Below, piece by piece: positions 19,679 to 26,906 of a DNA stretch of 57,362 nt. The stretch spans positions 1 to 57,362 of the forward strand of contig SVQV01000002.1 in the NCBI GenBank assembly GCA_015065175.1, in the 5' to 3' direction. This stretch comes from Oscillospiraceae bacterium. Lineage in GTDB: Bacteria; Bacillota; Clostridia; Oscillospirales; CAG-272. A model generated the notes under the pieces. That model was not told where the DNA came from and did not search any database. It worked only from the letters and a program-made list of their open reading frames with translations. A program made the position numbers and the translations under genes. The first letter of the stretch is position 1. Each line of letters starts with the position of its first letter.

Positions 19679-20863
19679 ATGAAGAACACAGATATTACAA
19701 GAGAGGACTTGAAAAAGCTTCATCAAAAGCAGATTTTTCTGTATGCGAGAGAGGGCAAAGACACGGGAATTTCAAGAGCGGAGCTTGCGGAGAGGCTGAA
19801 ATTGAGCTTTCCGTCCATTACCGCTCTGGTTGATGAGCTTATAGAAAAAGGACTGCTTATAGAAACAGGCTCGACCGAAGCAAAGGAGAGGGGAAGACCC
19901 CGTTCGCTTCTTCGGGTAAGATCTGATATTATATATGTTCCTGTCTTTGAGCTTCAAAGAGAGGGATACCGCTTCGTGCTTTACGATGCTTGCGGCGGCA
20001 TAGAAAAAGAGGCTTTTCTGCCATTCAAGGATAGAAAGGTCACATACGGGCTATGGCTTCCTTCAAATGAGGAGCTGGCTTCGCCTGTAACGGAATGTAT
20101 CAATAGGGAAAAGGAAAGCTACAGGCTCTCTGACATACTTATATCTATCCCCGGTAACATATACAGCGACGGCGCGTTTTCCTCCTCGGCGCTTAGTTTA
20201 AGATCCGAAAAGAATCTGATAAAATTTATAGAAGAAAAGACCGACCTTAGAGTGTTTACGCTCAACACCGCCGATGCTCTGGCATATGCCGAGAGTGTAT
20301 ATTCGGATGTCGGAAAGAATTATATCTATATCAACATTTCCGACGGTATAGGCGCGGGAATTATAAAGGACGGCAGGATATTCAAGAACAGCAACCGCAG
20401 AGCAGGAGAAATAGGTCACATGTCTCTTGACCTGAACGGACGTCCCTGCTCCTGCGGAGCGAGAGGCTGCCTTGAGAGATATGCTTCTATAGGAGTGCTC
20501 CTTGATGAGGCAAAGGACACCTTGAATGCTCCGAGCGTTCAGCTTTCCTTCCTCGCTTCCAAGCTCAATTCGGGAAATGAAAGAGCATACGATCTCTTGG
20601 CTAAAAAAGCTGATATGATAGCCGTGGCGATAAACAACGCGCTTACGCTTCACTATGCCGAAAGCATAATAATAGGCGGAGCTATAACCGAGCTTGGCGG
20701 AAAATTTGAAACGCTTATGCAAAACGCTTTACAGACAAGGCTTTCAAAAATGTACAGGAGTGAATGTAAACTTAAGTTGTCGAAAAATTTGTTGTGCGAT
20801 AGCACGATCGGTATCTTTAACGAATATATCGAAAACGTTTTACAAACAGAAAAATTATTCTGA
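19679..20863 (+). CDS. ROK-family transcriptional regulator
   Basis: N-terminal wHTH (ISRAELAERLKLSFPSITALVDELIEKGLL) plus a ROK domain with the Cys motif GHMSLDLNGRPCSCGARGCLE. Confidence 0.85.
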   Translation: MKNTDITREDLKKLHQKQIFLYAREGKDTGISRAELAERLKLSFPSITALVDELIEKGLLIETGSTEAKERGRPRSLLRVRSDIIYVPVFELQREGYRFVLYDACGGIEKEAFLPFKDRKVTYGLWLPSNEELASPVTECINREKESYRLSDILISIPGNIYSDGAFSSSALSLRSEKNLIKFIEEKTDLRVFTLNTADALAYAESVYSDVGKNYIYINISDGIGAGIIKDGRIFKNSNRRAGEIGHMSLDLNGRPCSCGARGCLERYASIGVLLDEAKDTLNAPSVQLSFLASKLNSGNERAYDLLAKKADMIAVAINNALTLHYAESIIIGGAITELGGKFETLMQNALQTRLSKMYRSECKLKLSKNLLCDSTIGIFNEYIENVLQTEKLF

Positions 20864-20885
20864 AGGAGATAAACCTTGCCGATAA

Positions 20886-21782
20886 TCAGGGGGAAAAGGT
20901 GCTTATCTGATCGCCTGCACTTTCGTAAGACTTAAAGCGCAGGAGTATGTCGGTACAGTCGGACAGGTATGCCGCTGTGTCTATTGAAATGTTGTTATAT
21001 CCCATAAGAAAGCCCTTGCTGCCTGTCCAGATGAGAGTAAACAGCTTTATGATGCACTCAATAAAAACGGCAGAGCTTGGCTCTTTTATTACGCTGCATA
21101 CGATAGAGACGGCAAAAAATGAGGTCACTGTCGTAGGAATGAGAGCGCGGAGTGCGGAAATCAGCCGAGTCTTTTCGGGATTTTTTCGCAGCACTCTGCG
21201 CTCTCCGCTATTATGCCCGACCGATAGAAGCATATCGGGAGTAAGATGTACAGGCTTTATCCTGTCGGCAGAAAGAATTACTTTTTTTGCTTTTCTGCTA
21301 AGCTCGCTTGGAAGTGCGTTTTTATCCTTTCCGCTGTATTTTTCGCAAAACTCGGAATATGATATCCCGCTTGAGAGAAGTATTTCTTTTTTTGCGGAAA
21401 CAAGCTCGCCTTTTACGTATTCATGGCAGAATTCTCCTAAGCGTTCGAGCTTTCCGCTTTTCCTCAGCTCACCCTTTACTTCCTCGTATTCTTCTTTTGC
21501 TTTTATATAAGACTTATCGGAAAGAGCTAATCTCATGCCTGTGTCGGCGAGTGAAAAGTATATAGTGTAAGCGCAGAACAGAAGAATTACAAAGGATAAA
21601 GAAAAGTTTACCGTAACGAATGAGGCAAGTGAAATATCCATAAAGAACACAGCCGCTGCGCAGAAAAGCGTCATTGCGGCTATTATTATGCCTATATTTC
21701 CTATAAAACCGTTTACTGTTTTCTTTACCGCGGTTATCCTTCTGCTTTCGTTGAGAGTTGTAAAATCAAAATTTTCTTGCAT
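20886..21782 (-). CDS. Hypothetical polytopic membrane protein (last gene of, or adjacent to, the phage-like cluster)
   Basis: 298 aa, RBS AAAGGAG. Two N-terminal and two C-terminal TM segments around a charged, coiled-coil-like middle. Confidence 0.6.
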   Translation of the reverse strand: MQENFDFTTLNESRRITAVKKTVNGFIGNIGIIIAAMTLFCAAAVFFMDISLASFVTVNFSLSFVILLFCAYTIYFSLADTGMRLALSDKSYIKAKEEYEEVKGELRKSGKLERLGEFCHEYVKGELVSAKKEILLSSGISYSEFCEKYSGKDKNALPSELSRKAKKVILSADRIKPVHLTPDMLLSVGHNSGERRVLRKNPEKTRLISALRALIPTTVTSFFAVSIVCSVIKEPSSAVFIECIIKLFTLIWTGSKGFLMGYNNISIDTAAYLSDCTDILLRFKSYESAGDQISTFSP

Positions 21783-21808
21783 TTTTTATCTCCTTTTAAT
21801 ATATGATA

Positions 21809-21836
21809 CGGCTCAGGCGGTGTGTTGCCTGAGCCG
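21809..21836 (-). terminator. Intercistronic GC-rich stem-loop (possible attenuator/terminator)
   Basis: CGGCTCAGGC-n8-GCCTGAGCCG, a perfect 10-bp stem. It has only a weak U-tail on the minus strand. Confidence 0.35.
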
Positions 21837-21861
21837 CACTGTTGTCAGAAAGCTGAATAGC

Positions 21862-22224
21862 TTACTGAGGCTTTTCCTTATACCTTTCGGACAGCTTGAA
21901 TAATACAGCTCCCAAAAGATTGAACGGAAAGGCGACGAGTGCTATGGCGGTTATGTCATCAGATATTTTTCCGAGAAGGGAAAATGCTATATAGATGAAA
22001 AGCCATATTACCCATGCCGACGGTGACTTGAAAAATTTTGCTATATGCCTTTTCAGAGGAATGGCGCAAATGAGCAAAAGAATTACCGTGAGCGCGGAAA
22101 CCATTACTTCTCCTCCCTTTGATGCCCATATGGGAAAATGCTCCAATGTGGCAAAAACGGGAGGAAGAATGCAGAAAAGCATTCCTAAAAGATGAAAGAT
22201 CAGGCTTTTCTTATTCGCTTTCAT
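21862..22224 (-). CDS. Holin-like small membrane protein
   Basis: About 120 aa with 3-4 TM segments, positioned at the end of the structural module. Start set at ATG 22224 (the ORF track uses GTG 22233). Confidence 0.45.
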   Translation of the reverse strand: MKANKKSLIFHLLGMLFCILPPVFATLEHFPIWASKGGEVMVSALTVILLLICAIPLKRHIAKFFKSPSAWVIWLFIYIAFSLLGKISDDITAIALVAFPFNLLGAVLFKLSERYKEKPQ

Positions 22225-22855
22225 TGCCGCCACCCGAGGCAGAGCTTTTTATTACCGCTTGAATGCGGTTATATCTTTCTGCCAGCTGTTCCTTCTGAAA
22301 TTCGGGTATATTAGCGCTCATAAATACACCGTAAAGCAGCTCTGTCTGACCCGATAATACCTGAGAAAGAGCCTCGCGCTCTGCTTTTTCTCTCTGAAGC
22401 TCGTCCTTCATTGCAATTGAATTCTGTCTCATTGTCTCCGCATATTCGGTAAGCTCTCCCGCTTTTTCAAGCAGCGGCAGGGTGGTATTCAAAAAGCTTT
22501 CCAGCCGTTCTTCGCTTTTTTTCTGAAGCGCTGTCGCATTTTCTCCCGATTTTATTGCCGCGGCGTATATTCTGTTTATTCCTTCGCTTAAGGTAGGTAG
22601 CAACCCTTTTTTATATAGAAAAGCGGTTATAAGTGAGCCTATAAAGGTGAGTGAGCAGAATATCTCCGATGTATAGCTTCTTACATAGTCGAGCATAAGC
22701 TCGGAAACAGGTGCGTTTTTCTGCTCGCCGTCGGCAGAATGTGAGCTTATGCTTACATTTTCTGCTTCGACGGGTGCTTCGGCGAAGCTTTTGAAGCCGA
22801 AGCTGCAAACAAAGAGAGTGAGTATTGTGAGTGTTAAAAGTATGAGTTTTTTCAT
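22211..22855 (-). CDS. Secreted/membrane coiled-coil protein (XhlA-like position in a lysis cassette, tentative)
   Basis: 214 aa with a signal peptide MKKLILLTLTILTLFVCSFG, one internal TM segment and a long heptad-like C-terminus. Confidence 0.4.
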   Translation of the reverse strand: MKKLILLTLTILTLFVCSFGFKSFAEAPVEAENVSISSHSADGEQKNAPVSELMLDYVRSYTSEIFCSLTFIGSLITAFLYKKGLLPTLSEGINRIYAAAIKSGENATALQKKSEERLESFLNTTLPLLEKAGELTEYAETMRQNSIAMKDELQREKAEREALSQVLSGQTELLYGVFMSANIPEFQKEQLAERYNRIQAVIKSSASGGGNESE

Positions 22856-22870
22856 TTTGTTTCTCCTTTT

Positions 22871-23284
22871 TTATTTAAATAGCTTGCTTCCCTTTATCGC
22901 CTTGGAAAGCTCGGAAAGCTGATTTTCACATGCTGAAAGTCTTTTTGAGAGTCTTTCATATTCGCTTTTGAAAAGCGCTATCTCTTCTGTAGAGTCACAG
23001 CCGCAGGGGGTAAGGATATTATCTTTCAGGCTGAGAGCCTCGCACTTCCAGCGTTTGCTTTTTCCGTATACGGTTATTTTGTTTATTCCTTCGGAAAAAG
23101 CGTTTTTGCTAAGTGTAGCCACGGAATTGACTATAGAGAAGAAGCGTTCGCTGCCGTTTGATGAAACAGACATGCGAAGCGCGCTTACGTCTCCTGTAAA
23201 CGTGATAGATATGAGCGTATCAAGCGTAATGCCTTCACGTGTCTTACAAATTCCGCTTCCGTCCTTATAGAGAATGTACTTCAT
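22871..23284 (-). CDS. Hypothetical phage protein (fibre-accessory position)
   Basis: 137 aa from ATG 23284 behind AAGGAG, with a C-terminal coiled coil. Confidence 0.5.
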   Translation of the reverse strand: MKYILYKDGSGICKTREGITLDTLISITFTGDVSALRMSVSSNGSERFFSIVNSVATLSKNAFSEGINKITVYGKSKRWKCEALSLKDNILTPCGCDSTEEIALFKSEYERLSKRLSACENQLSELSKAIKGSKLFK

Positions 23285-23528
23285 TTTCGGCACTCCTTTT
23301 TCTTATGACAAATGATTCTATTATGTGTTCTTCTGTTTGCGTATAGATGCGCTCTAAAATTTCCGTTTCCTTGTTATATTCGGGCTCGCTTTCGGAAAAG
23401 AGCGGTTTGTAGCCTTGCTCTTTAAGGCGGGCGGGAGACGGGTTTGAATATATCATTCCGTCGAGAGAAAGCAGATTGTCTTTGAGTTCTTCTATGCTTC
23501 CGTCATTTTTAAGCTTGCAGTATTTCAT
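23265..23528 (-). CDS. Small phage protein in XkdW-like position (after the fibre gene)
   Basis: 87 aa, RBS GGAGGT. The call rests on size and position only. Confidence 0.45.
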   Translation of the reverse strand: MKYCKLKNDGSIEELKDNLLSLDGMIYSNPSPARLKEQGYKPLFSESEPEYNKETEILERIYTQTEEHIIESFVIRKRSAENEVHSL

Positions 23529-23546
23529 TTTTTTACCTCCGTTTTT

Positions 23547-26500
23547 TTATGACATTTTTATGCCGCGTACATGGGCATTTATAATACCATCATACCAGAA
23601 ATCCAGAGTGTATCTGTAGTTCGCGCTCGGATAAAAATATCCGTTTGATGTATCTGTTCCCGTAAATTTGAGATTTTCGGGATAAGCAACCTCAATGCTA
23701 TTAGGCCATTCACAGAGTATGAGCCGTGATTTGAAATTGAAATCGATGTCTTCAGGGAAGGCAAGCTCGATAGCGTAATTCTCGTACTGATTTGTGGAAT
23801 AACCTTTCATAATGATGGTTGCGAAGTTTTTTAAGGCAACATAATATGAATATGAATAATCCAGGAAAAGATCACGTTCATTTCTGACCTTAGGGACAGA
23901 AGGGGTAAAGCTATAGCTTCTGCTCTCTCCCGCACCGCCGCGAAGAATATCTATTCTTCCTTTTTTTCTGCTTATGCTGAATATTTCGCAGATTATTTCC
24001 TTGCCGTCTGTATCGGGATATGCCACAGCAGAGTCTTTGCAGGCTATTCTCTGAATATCGCTTTTTACAGCACCTGCGTCTGTGCCGTAGCCGGAATATA
24101 TACCTGCTATGACCTTGCCGCCTTTGCTTAAAAAAGAGCTGTTTATGGTACAGTTGAAATCTCCGGACTGATATATACCGCCGGAGGTGGACTCGTGAAA
24201 GGATGTCAGGAGAAACTCCAGATTACTGCCGTACTTGCTCAGGCATTTTGTAGGAAATCCGTCGCTTGACCAGTTTTCCGTCGGTGCGCACTGTACTGTT
24301 ATTACACACCACTCCCTTGGGTTTGGCTTTTTGGAGAAATCAAGGCACTCTTTTACCAAAAAAGACAGTTGAGGTCCGCATAATACACGCGTAGTCAGAC
24401 TATCATATTTCATTGTTTCAAGGTCCTCGGTAAGCGTCTTGCTACTTCCGTCTCTGTCGGTATAAGCCGTTCCGGCACTTATTGTTTTTGTAAGCGGGGG
24501 AAGATCCGCGGTGTTAAGAAATATAACTCTTATGCAGGCATCTTCGAAATCTGTATAGCAGTATAATCTGTTGGGGTCCTCGTAGTCGTAGTGAACGTGG
24601 TAGTCGCGCGCCAAGTGAGAGATAACTCTCTTATACTCCTTCTGCGGAATAAAGTCGCTCTTGGCTAAGATGTGGGCACCTGTCGAGAGAGTTCCTTTGC
24701 TGTATTTCTGCGCACCGAAATCGCCGTCTCCCGGTGTAGCAAGCACAGGAATCGAGCTTTCCGTGTCGGCAGTCGTTTTAAGCTCTTCAAGCTCGTTTCC
24801 GATGCCGCAAAGACCGAGAAAAGGTATCTTATATTTTTCGGAGATCCTGCGGCAGAGCGCAAGCGCCTTTTTCGTGTTCGCGCAGTCAGAGAAAAATGCT
24901 ACGGCAAAGCGTATGCTGTCATCCTCGGTCACCTCATCAAGCTCTGCCGATATTGCGGCGGCACGGGTGATTATTTCCTCGCTGTCCTCGGATTCTTTCG
25001 GAAGCTTTGCGTCTATTTCGTCGGAGGAATAAGTGTTTCCGAGCAGCTTGTCATCAATAAAAAACGGGCAATCCATCCAAGCCGAGAAGCCGTCCGAGCT
25101 TCTTCTGAAGGTGGCTATCGGCAGATATTCCCTGGATGTGAGTGTGGAGTTTGCGCCGTGAACCGAAAAGACTGATTTAAGATCTGCACAGGTGTCTTTT
25201 GTAAAGCTTTTTAACAGAGCTGTATTTATACAGATCTTTCCTATATCGCTTTCCAATCCGTTTTTGTCGAGGGTAGCGGCGGGGGAGATATCTATTTCAA
25301 GGCTTTTTCCCTTTTCAAATCGGTAAAGGTCGCCGTTTAAGAGCAAAGCGCATTCCTCTGCGGATTTGTTCGGATTGAATAAGAGTTTATTTTTCTGAGT
25401 ATCGAACTTAGGATATGAAGTACCCTTACCAAAAATCCACTGTATGCGGTCCGTCCTCTCGTTTATGTACTGGGTTATTACTTTGTTTTTTACGAGATTT
25501 TCACTTTTTTCGTTCATTCTGTTATCATACATAGGGCGAAAATCGTAGAACGGAGAGTAATCGCTTGCAGAGCTTGAATACTCTATCATATGACGGGAGG
25601 AGTCTGTAAAGGAGCTTCGGGTAAAGGAAACTCTTATATGTCTTATGCCGCTGAATGAGGCGTGATCTATCGGTATGGAGCATCCTAATCCCGAAGAGTT
25701 GAATTTCACCGAGCCTGATATAACATTTTTGTTTATATCATACAGACAGTAGGAAATAGCATTCCAAGGTGTACCGTCCTTTCCCGAATAGCACTTTGAG
25801 CAGTACAGGCGGAGAGCTGCCATAGCGTTTATATAATCTGTTGTTATATAATCCTCGCTTTCTATAAAGACTCCGTTGGAATTTATATATCCGTTTGAGA
25901 TAGCCGTAACATCAAAAACGTTTACATATCCTATACAGTTTTCTGTGAACTGGCTTAACGCCTGAATTATGCAGGTGTCTACAAACGCCTTTACCGAGCG
26001 GCTTTGCACAGGCAGAGTCTCATAAATATTCAGTGTTGCTGTGTTCTCCGCGTCGGCTAAATATTTTCCGCCCTTTACCCAGCCATATCCGTTAAAATAA
26101 CACCAATAGCCATGATCCGCATCCCCCTGACAGCATAACAGATATATGCGGTTATGCTCAACCGATGCATCTTCGTTGAGGCTTGTAAGGTTTCCTATAT
26201 AAGTGAAGGGGGAGCCGCTGTAGGAGGCTGAGAGCCTGTTGGCAAGCGCAAAGACCTCCGACCAGTCTGCCTTTGTTCTTTGAAGCGATGCTACAGTGCT
26301 TCTGTCTGCCTTGCCGCTTGAGAGATCCTCTATATACTCCGTAAGAGAAGCTAAATAGCCTTCGAGCGAACCTGAGCTCCACAGCTCCCAGCCGCTTCCG
26401 CTCCAAACGTAGCTGTTGAAAAGTGTGAGTGAGGCGTTGGAGGGGACAAGATAGATAGCCTCCTCGTGACCTGTATAGGGGGCAGAGGGGAGAGTATATA

Positions 26501-26906
26501 CGCCGTTTATCTTTTTTACCTTGACGAACTCTATCGCCCTTTCGGGAAACAGAAAGCCCATTACCTTTGTAGCAAAATTCAAGAGATTGTATTCGTCGGT
26601 AAGCTTTATTTTTGCCGCAAGAGTTCCGTCCTCTATGCTCTCAAAAACGTCCTTCAGGGTCGGAATTTCAGCTATTCCTGTTTTCATATCCGCGGCGACA
26701 CTTAAGTCGGTGTCGGAATTGTAGAGGGCATCAATAAGAGAGTTTATTTTCTCCCTTAAAAGCTCGGTGTTTTTGTCGAATGCCGCCTTCAGCTCCTCTG
26801 CTGACATGCCGCCTTCTCCGTATTTCGACATGCGGTTAGGTCTTATGGGCAGAGAAGAAACACTGCCTTCTTCGAATTCTGAATTGGTTATTTTGTTTAT
26901 CTTCAT
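23547..26906 (-). CDS. Tail fibre / receptor-binding protein (1119 aa)
   Basis: The N-terminus SLPIRPNRMSKYGEGGMSAEELKAAFDKNTELLREKINSLIDAL is a pattern I associate with Firmicute phage fibre proteins. ATGA overlap with the upstream gene. Confidence 0.6.
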   Translation of the reverse strand: MKINKITNSEFEEGSVSSLPIRPNRMSKYGEGGMSAEELKAAFDKNTELLREKINSLIDALYNSDTDLSVAADMKTGIAEIPTLKDVFESIEDGTLAAKIKLTDEYNLLNFATKVMGFLFPERAIEFVKVKKINGVYTLPSAPYTGHEEAIYLVPSNASLTLFNSYVWSGSGWELWSSGSLEGYLASLTEYIEDLSSGKADRSTVASLQRTKADWSEVFALANRLSASYSGSPFTYIGNLTSLNEDASVEHNRIYLLCCQGDADHGYWCYFNGYGWVKGGKYLADAENTATLNIYETLPVQSRSVKAFVDTCIIQALSQFTENCIGYVNVFDVTAISNGYINSNGVFIESEDYITTDYINAMAALRLYCSKCYSGKDGTPWNAISYCLYDINKNVISGSVKFNSSGLGCSIPIDHASFSGIRHIRVSFTRSSFTDSSRHMIEYSSSASDYSPFYDFRPMYDNRMNEKSENLVKNKVITQYINERTDRIQWIFGKGTSYPKFDTQKNKLLFNPNKSAEECALLLNGDLYRFEKGKSLEIDISPAATLDKNGLESDIGKICINTALLKSFTKDTCADLKSVFSVHGANSTLTSREYLPIATFRRSSDGFSAWMDCPFFIDDKLLGNTYSSDEIDAKLPKESEDSEEIITRAAAISAELDEVTEDDSIRFAVAFFSDCANTKKALALCRRISEKYKIPFLGLCGIGNELEELKTTADTESSIPVLATPGDGDFGAQKYSKGTLSTGAHILAKSDFIPQKEYKRVISHLARDYHVHYDYEDPNRLYCYTDFEDACIRVIFLNTADLPPLTKTISAGTAYTDRDGSSKTLTEDLETMKYDSLTTRVLCGPQLSFLVKECLDFSKKPNPREWCVITVQCAPTENWSSDGFPTKCLSKYGSNLEFLLTSFHESTSGGIYQSGDFNCTINSSFLSKGGKVIAGIYSGYGTDAGAVKSDIQRIACKDSAVAYPDTDGKEIICEIFSISRKKGRIDILRGGAGESRSYSFTPSVPKVRNERDLFLDYSYSYYVALKNFATIIMKGYSTNQYENYAIELAFPEDIDFNFKSRLILCEWPNSIEVAYPENLKFTGTDTSNGYFYPSANYRYTLDFWYDGIINAHVRGIKMS

